From Planctomycetota bacterium (GTDB lineage Bacteria > Planctomycetota > B15-G4), in assembly GCA_038212275.1 (NCBI GenBank), contig JBBQUR010000018.1, forward strand, positions 40,987 to 104,986: a stretch of DNA of 64,000 nt, given 5' to 3'. Numbering within the stretch: the stretch's first letter is position 1; every line of letters begins with the position of its first letter. Positions 39,247-49,445 of the stretch are shown here, one piece after another. The notes beneath the pieces were generated by a model. The model ran no database searches. It saw only the letters and a list, made by a program, of their open reading frames with translations, and was not told where the DNA came from. Position numbers and translations under genes: made by a program.

Positions 39247-40602
39247 TCACGAGCGCTGCAGTCTAGCCCGTCGGAAATACGCAGCCATATATACCAGATG
39301 GAACAGCCCGACGGCCCGGCCGAGCCCGGCGGCCGCAGCCACCCCTATCGGCCCGAACCAGTGTCCGCCAAAGAAGATCCCGAGCACCACGAGCGCCGCC
39401 AGCAGGAAGTTGAACGGCACGGCCTGCCTGAGCTTGCCACTGTAGATGTAGAAGGCCTCGACCACGCAGGTGAATCCGATGAACAGGTTGCCTGATGTCA
39501 GGCACAGGTAGTACCTGAAGCTGTCCTCGGCTCCCTCGCCGTAGAAGTAGCGGATCACGACCCACATCACCGGGATGGACAGCAGCGTCGCGACCACCAT
39601 CACACTGCCCGCGATGAGCGACACGCGCTTCAGGAGCCCGCCCATCTGGTCGAAGGGCGTGTCCGCATTGGCAACCTTCAGGCCCAGCGCCGGAAGCAGG
39701 GCCTGGGTGACGCCGCCCATCGCCAGCCCGAGCCCCCACGAGAGCACGTAGGCGATGCTGTAGGCGGCATTGGCGTGAAAGGCCTCGCCCGAAGCCTGCA
39801 GCGTCGCCAGCGCCGGGATGAGCAGCATGCCGAAGCGGGGCACGAGCGTATTCATGCTCTTGTTGAGCGCCAGCAGGTACGAGAGCCCGAACACCTGCCT
39901 GATCCTGGCCCCCGGGATCGCCCTGACGACTTCGCCGAGCGGCGGAGGCGCCAGTCGCGGGTCGCCCAGTTGCGAACGCCGGTAGAAGTGCAGCGCGATC
40001 GCCCCCGCCAGTGCCATGTGCACGAGGAACGCCCAGACCACGCCGCCCACGCCGTAGCCCGACTGCAGCGCGAAGTAGACGAGCCCGAGCCGCAGCATGT
40101 TCGTGCTGATGTCGAACCACGCGAAGGAGCGCATCTGTCGCGTGCCCTGAAGCGCGACGACCGTCAGTCCGCGAACCACCTCGAACAGGCCCGCCACGCA
40201 CAGCAGCGCCGCCCAGTGGCCGACCTGCGGATCATCGTAGAAATGGTCGGCGACCGCCGGCCCGAACGCGAAGCCCAGCGCGATGACCAGCACCGACGAC
40301 ACGAGGCCGATCTTCAGCATGGAGGCCAGCGCGTTGACGCATGCCGCGCGATCCCGGCGACCGATCGCCTCGCTGTAGCGCGACACCGCGGCGTTGACGA
40401 CGCCCATGCTCACGAGGAAGTACGCGAACATGAAGATCTCGCGCGCCGTGTTCCAGCGCCCCATCTCGGTCATGCCGAGGAAGCGCTTGGTCAGCACCGA
40501 CGTGATCAGGTAGCCGCCGCCCGTGACGAAGGTGGCCAGTTGGAGCACGAGCGCATCGCGCACGAACTTCTTCTGGTGCAGTGCCTTGAGCTGCCGCCTC
40601 AC
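39247..40602 (-). CDS. Wzx-like oligosaccharide flippase
   Basis: About 12 hydrophobic segments; RFLGMTEMG resembles the flippase N-terminus; glycosyltransferase context; GTGA overlap. Confidence 0.78.
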   Translation of the reverse strand: MRRQLKALHQKKFVRDALVLQLATFVTGGGYLITSVLTKRFLGMTEMGRWNTAREIFMFAYFLVSMGVVNAAVSRYSEAIGRRDRAACVNALASMLKIGLVSSVLVIALGFAFGPAVADHFYDDPQVGHWAALLCVAGLFEVVRGLTVVALQGTRQMRSFAWFDISTNMLRLGLVYFALQSGYGVGGVVWAFLVHMALAGAIALHFYRRSQLGDPRLAPPPLGEVVRAIPGARIRQVFGLSYLLALNKSMNTLVPRFGMLLIPALATLQASGEAFHANAAYSIAYVLSWGLGLAMGGVTQALLPALGLKVANADTPFDQMGGLLKRVSLIAGSVMVVATLLSIPVMWVVIRYFYGEGAEDSFRYYLCLTSGNLFIGFTCVVEAFYIYSGKLRQAVPFNFLLAALVVLGIFFGGHWFGPIGVAAAAGLGRAVGLFHLVYMAAYFRRARLQRS

Positions 40603-41798
40603 GTCGGGCGCCCGGTGGCGAGCAGCTCGTCGTAAATGGCGCGCACGCGGCGCGCCGCCCCGTCCCAGGTCTGTCCCTCGGCGCGCGCGCGACCCGCGCG
40701 CCCCATGCGCGCCGCCAGGGCTGGATCCCGCGCCAGCGCAACCAGCGCGCCGGCCAGGCCGTCGCTGTCCTCGCGCTGCCGCAGGAAGCCGTTGCTTCCG
40801 TCCGTGATCGCGTCCTCCGCCCCGCTGTCCGCCACGCCCACGACGGGGCGCTCCGCCGCGCCGGCCTCGAGGAAGACCAGGCCGAAGGCCTCGAAGCCGC
40901 CCTCGTCGCTGGTCATCGGCGTCAGCATGAATGCCGTGCAGGCGCGCATGAGCGCGACCTTGCGCGCCTCGCTGACGTTGCCGAGAAAGTGCACATGCTC
41001 TCCGGCCCCGGCTTCCGTGATCTGTGCACGGAGCGCAGTGTAGTAGGGATCGCCCTCGGTGTAGCGCCCCACGATCGCGTAGTGCAGCGACGGCTCCTGC
41101 TTCCATGCGCGCAGAAACGCCGGCAGCGACGTGGTGTATCCCTTGCGCTGCTTGACCTCTCCCACGCACAGCACGTACGGCGACGGCACGCCCGGAAGCT
41201 CGGAACCCGCGGCTTGCACGGCGTAGTCATCCGGTGCACAGCCGTAGGGGACGACCTCGGCGCCGTGCGGATCGGCCACGCGCCGCACCTGCTCCAGCGC
41301 GAAGCGACTTCCCGTCAGGAATCGGTCCGTGCGCCGGAACATCCAGCCGATGAGCCTGCGGTGCACGGGCATCGCACACGGCGTGACGGAGTAGGTGCCG
41401 TGCCCCGACACCACGACGGGCCGCCGCGTCATCCGTGCGACGAGCACGGCCAGCCAGCCCATCGGGTAATCCGAGAAGCTGTGCACGACGTCGGCGCGCC
41501 CCGCGGCGCGCACGAGCGCCGGCAGCGACAGGAGCAGCACGCGCGCCAGCTTCGGCACGCTGAGAAAAGGAAAGTGATCCATCGGCAGCACGGCTTGCAC
41601 CGTGACGCCCTGCGTCGGCAGGTCGGCCGAGAGTCCGCGATGACCGCGGCCGGTGAAGACCTCGATGCCGTCGCAGAGCGGCGCGAGGCTGCGCAGCGTG
41701 CCGACGCCGTAGCGGCCCACGCCATCCACCTCCGAAAGCGAGTGCGTGAGCACGAGCACGCGCGGCCGGCGCGCCACCGGCCCGGGCACGGTGCTCAT
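40599..41798 (-). CDS. Glycosyltransferase family 4
   Basis: VGEVKQRKG, FEAFGLVFLEAGAAERPVV; start ATG 41798. Confidence 0.92.
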   Translation of the reverse strand: MSTVPGPVARRPRVLVLTHSLSEVDGVGRYGVGTLRSLAPLCDGIEVFTGRGHRGLSADLPTQGVTVQAVLPMDHFPFLSVPKLARVLLLSLPALVRAAGRADVVHSFSDYPMGWLAVLVARMTRRPVVVSGHGTYSVTPCAMPVHRRLIGWMFRRTDRFLTGSRFALEQVRRVADPHGAEVVPYGCAPDDYAVQAAGSELPGVPSPYVLCVGEVKQRKGYTTSLPAFLRAWKQEPSLHYAIVGRYTEGDPYYTALRAQITEAGAGEHVHFLGNVSEARKVALMRACTAFMLTPMTSDEGGFEAFGLVFLEAGAAERPVVGVADSGAEDAITDGSNGFLRQREDSDGLAGALVALARDPALAARMGRAGRARAEGQTWDGAARRVRAIYDELLATGRPT

Positions 41799-43534
41799 GA
41801 GCCACCCGGGGCGTAGCGCCAGCAGCGGATCCACGGGCCCGGCCGTTCGTAGCGCCAGAGCTGCACGAGGGCGAAGGACATGTCCGTGGGCAGCGCCGCC
41901 TCGGAGGGCGGGCTGTGCCCGGTGGGCGACAGCTCGTACACGAGCTGTCCATGCGCGGCATTCCACTCCGTGACGGGAGCGCGCCGCAGCTCATCGGGCT
42001 TGCGGTCCACCTGCACGTAGAAGCCGACCTTCCAGGCGCGCAGGAAGTCGCCGAAGGCCATCGGCACCGCACCGGCGAGGTAGTCGGTCGGGTAGTAGCT
42101 GTCGAACTTCCAGAAGCGCGAGATCGGGACGAGGGCGCGCGCCTCGGGCGGCGTCGGCCGGCCCATGCCTTCGTGCTCGAGCACCCGCTCCTCCTGCCGG
42201 TTGATCCACACGAGCGGCGCCAGGGCGCGCACCGACGCGGGAGTCGGCAGCAGCGGCGGCCCGTAACCATCGAGGCACACGACCTCGTCGGGCCCGATGA
42301 GCGCGGGCAGTTCGCGCGCCGCCCGCGTGCGGGTGTCTTCGCGCCCCAGCACGAGGTCGAGTCGCGCGGCCTGGCACAGCGGCAACGCAAGCGCCATCGC
42401 GGCCAGGGTGGCCCGTGTGCGCGGCCACTCCATCCGCGCCGAGGCCAGTTCGCCCAGAGCCCAGGCGGCGCCGAGCGCGAGAAAGGGTGCGGCGGGAAGC
42501 AGGTAGCGCACGTGCGCGCCATCGTAGGCCAGGAAAAGCAGCGTGATGCCCAGCGCCGGCAGGCACAGCACGAGGCGCGCGGCATCGCGCCGCGTGCGCC
42601 ACAGTCCGGCGAGCCCGAGCAAGCCGACGGCGACGAGCACCGGGTCGTAGCCGAACCAGGCGCGCGCCGTGGGCCATGCGAAAGTGCCGCGCAGCGCGCC
42701 GACATCGAAGGCCTGGCCGCCGATGTCCATGGCCGCATCCGCATCGAGCTGTCCGGCGATCTGTCCCTTGCCGGTGTCCGCGCCGTACACCAGCAGGTAC
42801 GGATATCCGACGCAGAGCAGCACGACCACGCCGGCCAGCAGCCCGACGAGCACCGGCCAGACGCCAGGCCGCCAGCAGAGCAGCGCCAGTGCGACCACGC
42901 CGAAGAACAGCGCGCCGACCGGATGCGTAGACGCCGAGAGCGCCGCGCAGACGAACGCGAAGGCCACGTCGCGCACGCGTCGCTGCGTGCGCAGCCGCAG
43001 GCTGGCCCAGAGGGCGCATGCGCCGAACGCGGTCATCGGCGCCCAGGGGCGTTCGGTGTGCGCGTACTGCACGACCAGCAGCGACGTGCCCGCCAGGAGC
43101 GCGGCCACCGCGGCCCTGCCCCGTGTCCAGTCCAGGCAGCGCGCGGCACGATAGGTCGCGAGGGGCAGAAGCAGTGTCAGCAGCGCCGAGACGAGGCGCG
43201 CGCCGAACCACGCAAGACCGGGGTCATCGAACACGGCCTCCGCGAATTCGCCCGCACCGTGCCAGCGCCCCGTGACGCGCCCGAACACGAAGGTGGCCGA
43301 CACCGCAGCCAGATCCGCATACGGCAGCAGGTACGGATACGTGGTGTACTCGCCCGACGGCGGCACGAGCGCCTGCAGCGTGCCGACCTTGCCGGCGCCG
43401 AGGTCGCGCGCCATGCCGAGCGCGCACTTCACGGCGTGATCGTCGGGCACGTAGCGCTGCGGCAGTCCGTGGCCCAGCGAGAGGAAGAGCAGCGCGGCCA
43501 CCACCAGCATCACCGCGCGCAGCGGGTGCGTCAT
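41795..43534 (-). CDS. ArnT/PMT-like (GT-C) membrane glycosyltransferase
   Basis: N-terminal TM then PDD, ARLVSALL, many TMs, RYLLP, DTR before a soluble C-terminal domain; start ATG 43534. Confidence 0.7.
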   Translation of the reverse strand: MTHPLRAVMLVVAALLFLSLGHGLPQRYVPDDHAVKCALGMARDLGAGKVGTLQALVPPSGEYTTYPYLLPYADLAAVSATFVFGRVTGRWHGAGEFAEAVFDDPGLAWFGARLVSALLTLLLPLATYRAARCLDWTRGRAAVAALLAGTSLLVVQYAHTERPWAPMTAFGACALWASLRLRTQRRVRDVAFAFVCAALSASTHPVGALFFGVVALALLCWRPGVWPVLVGLLAGVVVLLCVGYPYLLVYGADTGKGQIAGQLDADAAMDIGGQAFDVGALRGTFAWPTARAWFGYDPVLVAVGLLGLAGLWRTRRDAARLVLCLPALGITLLFLAYDGAHVRYLLPAAPFLALGAAWALGELASARMEWPRTRATLAAMALALPLCQAARLDLVLGREDTRTRAARELPALIGPDEVVCLDGYGPPLLPTPASVRALAPLVWINRQEERVLEHEGMGRPTPPEARALVPISRFWKFDSYYPTDYLAGAVPMAFGDFLRAWKVGFYVQVDRKPDELRRAPVTEWNAAHGQLVYELSPTGHSPPSEAALPTDMSFALVQLWRYERPGPWIRCWRYAPGGS

Positions 43535-44730
43535 CGGCTGCCCCTGACGGTCAGTGTCCGGCGCAGGAAGGCCGCCACCGCCTGACCGCGCGCGCTCCAG
43601 TCGAAGGCGGAGACTTCCTCGAGCGCGGCGGTGGCGAGCCGGCGCCCGCGTGCGCCGTCCGCGAGCAGGGCGGCCACTCCCGCGGCGAGCGCGACGGGAT
43701 CGTCCGGCGCCACGAGCACCGCGTCGCGGTCGTGCGTCAGCACCTCGCGCAACGACGGGATGTCGCTGGCCACGATCGGCCGGCGGCTCGCCATCGCCTC
43801 GAAAAGCTTGAGCGGTGAGGTGAAGCGCGCGGAGATTTCCTCCTTGCCGCTGTTCGGCAGCACGACGACATCGCCGCCGGAAAGGTGAAAGGGCACCGTC
43901 GCGTGCGGCACCGTCCCCGCGAAGTGCACGCGTCCCGGTGCCACGTGCTGCGCGAGCCCGACGACGCGCGGCAGGTTCTGTGCGTCGCCGCCGACGACGA
44001 GCAGTTGCGCGTCGGGCAGGTGCGCCATCGCCTCGATGAGCGTGTCCACGCCCTTCCACGGATAGAACTGGCCCGCGTAGACGAGTGTCGGCTTCTCGGG
44101 CAGGTGCAGATGCCGGCGCGCCGTCACCGCATCGGGCATGCCGGCAAAGCGCGCCAGGTGCACGCCGTCGCGCGCGACGAGAATCCGCTCGCGCTCGATG
44201 CCCGAGGCGACGAGGTCGTCACGCAGGGCATCGCTGATCGTGATGAGCGCCGGAACGCGGGCCAGCAGGCTGAGGGTCTGCTCGCGCCGCGGTCCCGGGG
44301 CCGGCAGGCTGTGCACCTCCGCGGCGAGGCGGGCGACGTCGGGCTGGCGCAGCCCCTTCAGCAGGACGGCCAGCGTGTAGTGGTCGCGGACGAGGATGCC
44401 GGCATCGCGCTCGACGGCGGCGCGCGCCAGGGCGCGCCACGCGAACGTCACCGACTGCAGCAGGAAGGGCACGCGCTGGAAGCGCTGCGGAAACATGTCG
44501 ATGGTGTCGAAGCTCGCGAGGCGCTGCACCCCGAAGGTATGGCGCACGCCGTAGTGCGCGTAGGTGTCCGTGTCGCGATAGGGAAAGCGGCGCGGCACGA
44601 CCACGTCCACGTTGAGCCCCGTCGCTGCGAGGGCCTCGGCCATGGCGGCCACCTGGATGCCGTGAGCGCGCGGTCCCGGGAAGCGGATGTTCACGACGAG
44701 GTTCACGCGCGACAGGTGGGAGCGATTCAC
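43531..44730 (-). CDS. Glycosyltransferase family 4
   Basis: YAGQFYPWKGV, SPLKLFEAMASRRPIVASD. Confidence 0.92.
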   Translation of the reverse strand: MNRSHLSRVNLVVNIRFPGPRAHGIQVAAMAEALAATGLNVDVVVPRRFPYRDTDTYAHYGVRHTFGVQRLASFDTIDMFPQRFQRVPFLLQSVTFAWRALARAAVERDAGILVRDHYTLAVLLKGLRQPDVARLAAEVHSLPAPGPRREQTLSLLARVPALITISDALRDDLVASGIERERILVARDGVHLARFAGMPDAVTARRHLHLPEKPTLVYAGQFYPWKGVDTLIEAMAHLPDAQLLVVGGDAQNLPRVVGLAQHVAPGRVHFAGTVPHATVPFHLSGGDVVVLPNSGKEEISARFTSPLKLFEAMASRRPIVASDIPSLREVLTHDRDAVLVAPDDPVALAAGVAALLADGARGRRLATAALEEVSAFDWSARGQAVAAFLRRTLTVRGSR

Positions 44731-44927
44731 GCGGGCATCAACCGGTCAGGCCGGACCTTCACGCTCGGAAGCTCAGTCGGTACGGCGAGGAACGCTGCGG
44801 GCACGTCGGGGCGACTCCGCCCCCGGCAGGCCGGCACGGTGCCACGACGCGCGGCACGGGGGGCCGCCGCTGCGTCGCCGCCACGGTGTGTGGCAGCCGG
44901 TGCATACAGTCCTTAATCTCCGCACCG

Positions 44928-46553
44928 ATGTCGAGCTTTGCCACTGTCCTCCGATCCTCGTGGCGATGCGGCGGGCCGGCGGCGCTGGCGGCGCTCGCGT
45001 GGTGGATCGCAGCCTGCGCGTCGCCCGATGCCGGCCAGCTGCCGACGTCAGCGGACCGTGCCGGGCACGCCATCGTGCTCGCAGCCCTGCTGGTCTGCCC
45101 CGGCTGGGGCCTGCTGCGCCTGCTGTCCTCCATCGATCGGCGCTTCGGCATCGCAGCTGGTTCGCTCTGCCTCTCCCTGCTGCTGCTCGGCCTCGCGGGG
45201 CCTGCGGGAGCGGCGCTCGCGCCCCGCTCGGTGCATGCGCTCACGCTGGTGCTCGCGCTGGCCGGCGGCGTGCGACAGCTGCTCTTCAAGCGCTGGCAGC
45301 AGCGGCAGCCCGCCCACCCCGAGCCGATGCCGTTGTGGCCGACGCGGCTGCCGCTGTGCGTCGCCATCCTGCTGCTCGCACTGGCGGCCGTGTGCCTGGC
45401 CGCGCCCGGCGCCGGCACGTCCGGCCATGCCGAGTTCCCGGCTTCGTCGGAAACGGCACCGGCGATGGCACCGGCGATGGCAGTCGCGACGGATGACGCT
45501 GCCGCCGGCCACTTCCACGCCGAGACCCTCCGCGTGCTCGTGGCGGTCGGCGCTCTGCAGCCCGACGAAGCCAGGCGGCTCGTCGCTGTGGCCTGCCTGG
45601 CCGCGGTGCTGCTCTTCGCGGCGGAAGCCATCTCGCGCCTGCGCGGCAATCGCGGCGCACCTCTGGCCATGCTCGCGCTGCTGCTCGCCTGCCAACCGCT
45701 CGGCGTCCCGCTCGCGCTGCTCGGCAGCGGCCCTCCGTGGTCCGTCGCGCACGCGACGGACGCGCTGGCCGCCGCGGCCGCCGACGGCAGACTCGGCGGC
45801 GCACTGCGGCCCTTCCTCGACGGCAGCCCGCTCGTGCTGTCGCTCGCCTTCACGGGGATGCTGCTCTCGACCACGCTGTCCGTGCTGCGGCGCGCGAGCC
45901 ACCACGTGCCGCGGCTCGCTGCGGCCGCCGCGTTCGGGCTCGTGGTGTCGCTGCCGGAAGCCGCCTTCGTGCTTCTGCCGGGCTGGATTCTCGGCGTGTG
46001 GTGGGCGCACCGCATGTGCCGCGCCGCCGCCAGCGCCGACCCGACCTCCGTGGCCACGACACGCCGACCGGGCGAGCCGGTGCTGCTGCGTGCGCCGTTC
46101 TGGGCGCTCGCCCTGCCGATCGGCGGCGCCGGCGTGCTGGCCTTCTGGTGGACGGGCGCCACGCTGCCGCAACCTCTCGGCTCGACGTCCGCCGGCGCCG
46201 TGACGCTGCAGCTGCTCGTCGGCGTGATGCCGTGCGCCGTGCTCTTCGTGCCCGGCGTGCGCCAGCTCAACGCGAGCCCGGGCCGCGAGGCATACCTCTT
46301 CATGGGCGTCATGCTCGGCGCGCTGCTCGGCGGACTTCTCTGCGTGCTTCCCGGGTTCTCGCCGGGCGCGGGCGACACGCTCGCCCGGCTGCTGTGCCTG
46401 CTGCTGGCGGTGCCGGTGGGCAATGGTGCGCTGGCGCTCATGGATCGCCACGGCAGGCGCGCGCGCCTCGCGCTGCTGCTCGGCGTGCTCGCCGTGCTGC
46501 CCGGCGCGCTGCTCCTGCTCAGGTCGGCCAGTGACCCGAGATGGTCAGGGTGA
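44928..46553 (+). CDS. Hypothetical polytopic membrane protein
   Basis: More than 12 Leu/Ala-rich hydrophobic segments; divergent from the GT operon; 35-bp convergent overlap with the next gene. Confidence 0.6.
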   Translation: MSSFATVLRSSWRCGGPAALAALAWWIAACASPDAGQLPTSADRAGHAIVLAALLVCPGWGLLRLLSSIDRRFGIAAGSLCLSLLLLGLAGPAGAALAPRSVHALTLVLALAGGVRQLLFKRWQQRQPAHPEPMPLWPTRLPLCVAILLLALAAVCLAAPGAGTSGHAEFPASSETAPAMAPAMAVATDDAAAGHFHAETLRVLVAVGALQPDEARRLVAVACLAAVLLFAAEAISRLRGNRGAPLAMLALLLACQPLGVPLALLGSGPPWSVAHATDALAAAAADGRLGGALRPFLDGSPLVLSLAFTGMLLSTTLSVLRRASHHVPRLAAAAAFGLVVSLPEAAFVLLPGWILGVWWAHRMCRAAASADPTSVATTRRPGEPVLLRAPFWALALPIGGAGVLAFWWTGATLPQPLGSTSAGAVTLQLLVGVMPCAVLFVPGVRQLNASPGREAYLFMGVMLGALLGGLLCVLPGFSPGAGDTLARLLCLLLAVPVGNGALALMDRHGRRARLALLLGVLAVLPGALLLLRSASDPRWSG

Positions 46554-48396
46554 CGGCGCCCCCGCGCGCTGCCAGGGTCACGACGCCCCCACGGAGTCGG
46601 GCGCTGCCGCCGTCGCAGGCGAGCGTCACCTCCGTCAGCGCGGCGGGCACGCGATAGCGCACGGCGCCGTGCACGTCCTTCAGCTGCAGCGTGTCCGACA
46701 GCGCGACCCGGTCCTCGAGAAAGCGCACCTGGCGCACGGTGGTCGCTCCGGGCCAGCGGCGACCGTCGCGGTCCGCGAGGGCGCCGTCGAAACGCACCTC
46801 GTCGCCGTCGACGTGCTGGTCCGTCGCGAGGTCGAGGTGGCTCGCGAGCCACGGCGAGGCCTCGGCCCAGCTGCGCAGCACGACGTGCCTCCACGGATAG
46901 AGGAGCGCATGCAGCGGCCGGCGCGCGCGCCATTCGACCGACGTGACGAACAGCCGGAAACGGAGGTCGCTCCGATCCGTCGACAGCACCGAGCGCAGGC
47001 GCGAGAGCCGACCCGGCGCGCCCGCGGGCCGCAGCAGGAAGCTGCCCTCGCGCTGTCGCCGGAAGCGCACGCGCGGAACGAGTTCGCGGCCGCGCGCGAC
47101 GCGCTTGTCGGGCATCACCACCAGCGACTGGAGCTGCCCCCCGCCCGCGTCGCAGCCGAAGAGATTGCCCGGACGGCGGTGCCGTCCGCGCAGCACCGCG
47201 ACGCAGCGCGGGCGCTCGACGTGCACGAGACCCGACTGCGGCAGATCCAGCGTGAACGGCGGCCGCGGCATGCCCTGCAGCGGCACGTCCGCCAGCACGC
47301 GCGCGACCCAGGCCGCGTGCGCGCTCCAGAACACGCGGCACTGGAAGTTGACGCCCCTGCCGTGGTGGCTGAGGACGCCTCCGTCGGTGTCGAGGTGCGC
47401 GATCCACTCCTCCATGACGCGCCCCGCCTCGTTGAGGTAGAGCGCGCTGCGCTCCGGGAACGCGCGCGCGCCGCGATGCAACGCCCACGCATCGAAGGGA
47501 TGGCTCGCGACCTCGTAGTCGCTCTCCCAGTACCAGGGCTTGGCTTCGTTGGCGAGCACCTTGCGGTAGTTGCCGTCGCGCATGGCCACCAGCGCATCGA
47601 GCGCGGCTCGCAGCCGCTCGCGCGAGTGCTCATCGAGGCTCACGCCCAGCACCTCGTGGATGTAGAGCACGAAGCCCGGCGTGCGCGAGTGATAGAAACC
47701 GGACGTGTCCGAGAGCCCCGGATGCGTGCAGTCCCTGCTGCCCAGCGGGATGTAGGGCGCCACGCCGTCCGGAGCGAGTTCCGACAGCGCGAGCGCGCAA
47801 CCGGCGAGCGCGTCCGCGGCCCAGTCCTGCCGGCCGAGCAACCGCGCGGCGCGCGCCACGCCGGTGCCGGCCCACAACCGCTGCGCGGGAATCGGCTTGT
47901 CGCGCGCACTCTGGCGGAGGTATCCGTCGACGTGCTGCTCCAGCGCGTCGCAGCAGCGGTCGCGCTCCGCGGAGCTGAAGGCCTCGGGCGCCTCCTGCAG
48001 CAGCGTCGCGATCGTGTCCGCGCACGCGCCGCCGTCGATGCTGTTCGTGCTCGCGTTGGCCGGGTCCGCGCGTCCGGGCAGAAAGACGGGCACCTTGCTC
48101 TCAGGGTCCGGGCCGAGCATGTCCACGGCGCGCAGCACCTGTCGCCTGGCCCGCGCGAGATAGAAGTCCTCGCGCGTGTAGCGCCAGTTCTCCAGGTTGA
48201 TGATCGCGCCGTAGACGTTCTTGCCCGTGTGCTCGACCCGGTGCCGCGGACAGAAAAGCACGCCATCGGGGCGCGTCTGCCGCTCGAGAAACTCCGAGAG
48301 CCCGCGCAGGATGCCGAGCCGCAGCGCGACCTGGTCGACGAGCCGCGTGCGGCCTTCCCCGGCCGCGACCTCGTGATGCGGGACGACGTCGCTCAC
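46519..48396 (-). CDS. Hypothetical protein, possibly heparinase II/III-like fold (helical N-terminus, beta-rich C-terminus)
   Basis: GTGA-coupled to the upstream GT; protein-like composition; DLPQSGLVHV marks a helical-to-beta transition; fold call is an impression only. Confidence 0.55.
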   Translation of the reverse strand: MSDVVPHHEVAAGEGRTRLVDQVALRLGILRGLSEFLERQTRPDGVLFCPRHRVEHTGKNVYGAIINLENWRYTREDFYLARARRQVLRAVDMLGPDPESKVPVFLPGRADPANASTNSIDGGACADTIATLLQEAPEAFSSAERDRCCDALEQHVDGYLRQSARDKPIPAQRLWAGTGVARAARLLGRQDWAADALAGCALALSELAPDGVAPYIPLGSRDCTHPGLSDTSGFYHSRTPGFVLYIHEVLGVSLDEHSRERLRAALDALVAMRDGNYRKVLANEAKPWYWESDYEVASHPFDAWALHRGARAFPERSALYLNEAGRVMEEWIAHLDTDGGVLSHHGRGVNFQCRVFWSAHAAWVARVLADVPLQGMPRPPFTLDLPQSGLVHVERPRCVAVLRGRHRRPGNLFGCDAGGGQLQSLVVMPDKRVARGRELVPRVRFRRQREGSFLLRPAGAPGRLSRLRSVLSTDRSDLRFRLFVTSVEWRARRPLHALLYPWRHVVLRSWAEASPWLASHLDLATDQHVDGDEVRFDGALADRDGRRWPGATTVRQVRFLEDRVALSDTLQLKDVHGAVRYRVPAALTEVTLACDGGSARLRGGVVTLAARGGAVTLTISGHWPT

Positions 48397-49445
48397 TCGC
48401 GCGGCTCCATGTCGGAGACCATGCGCGGGATGAGGCGCGACAGGTCGTGATCGCGCCGGACCAGATCGCGCAGCCGCTCGCCGAGCGCGGCGGCGTCGGT
48501 GTCGTTCATCGCCATCAGACGCAGCAGGCCGGCGGCCAGGTCGGCCGGATCGTTCTGGCGGAACATGAGCAGCGGCGCGAGTTCGGGGCCCAGCAGCGGC
48601 GTGAAGGACTCGTTGCACGTGAGCGGCAACGTGCCGCAGGCCATGGCCTCGAGCACGACCTTGTCCACGCTGCCGGTGCGGCTCGCATTCACCATGACGC
48701 GCGCGCGTCGCATGACCTCCGCCACGGCCGGCCACGGAACCGCGCCGAGGAAGTTCACCCGCCCGGGAAAGAGGCGCGCAGCCGTCTCGTGCAGCGCCGC
48801 GCGGAAGGGCGCATCACCCGGCAGGAGAATCTCGCCAGCGATTTCGGTCCGCGGACACTCCGGCAGCAGCGCGAGCGCCGCGAGCAGTTCGTCCTGGCCC
48901 TTGCTCGGCGCGAGCCGCCCGACGGTGAGGACGTCCACCGGCCGGGGCCGCGGCCCCGCGACGAAGTGCCTGCAGTCGATGCCGTGCCCGGTGACGACGC
49001 GCACGCCGTGCCTGGCCTTCAGGCGGAAGGATTCCTCGCTCGCCGTGAAGACCTTGCGCACCAGCGGCACCGCGAGGCGCAGGTTGCGGTCGACGCCCTT
49101 GTGCGTGTACCAGAGGTAGATGGGGATGCCGCGCGGCACGACGACCGGCGCCGCATAGAGCACGAACTTCGGGACCATGTGCGCCCACACCGCGTCGGGC
49201 CGCCGGCCGCCGCGCAGCCCGGTGAGTCCGCCAACAAGCCGGCGCAGCATCGTGAGATGCCCGCCGCCCTCGTCCTTGCCCAGCGACCGCACGTCCACGT
49301 GGCCGGGCAGCGACACGGTGCCGACGCGCTGCGCGAAGACGGTGAGCCGGTCGACGTGGCGCGCGAACTCCTCGCACCAGCCGTGGAAGAAGCCGAGCAC
49401 CGCGTCCTGGCTGTCGAGAACCTGAGTCAGGATGACGAGATGCAT
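48393..49445 (-). CDS. Glycosyltransferase family 4
   Basis: GHGID, VGRLAPSKG, GSVDKVVLEAMACG. Confidence 0.9.
   Translation of the reverse strand: MHLVILTQVLDSQDAVLGFFHGWCEEFARHVDRLTVFAQRVGTVSLPGHVDVRSLGKDEGGGHLTMLRRLVGGLTGLRGGRRPDAVWAHMVPKFVLYAAPVVVPRGIPIYLWYTHKGVDRNLRLAVPLVRKVFTASEESFRLKARHGVRVVTGHGIDCRHFVAGPRPRPVDVLTVGRLAPSKGQDELLAALALLPECPRTEIAGEILLPGDAPFRAALHETAARLFPGRVNFLGAVPWPAVAEVMRRARVMVNASRTGSVDKVVLEAMACGTLPLTCNESFTPLLGPELAPLLMFRQNDPADLAAGLLRLMAMNDTDAAALGERLRDLVRRDHDLSRLIPRMVSDMEPRE

Noticed and set aside
45455..45482. 12-bp tandem duplication (GGCACCGGCGAT x2, APAMAPAM)
   Set aside because: Short in-frame slippage in a linker; no evidence of function.
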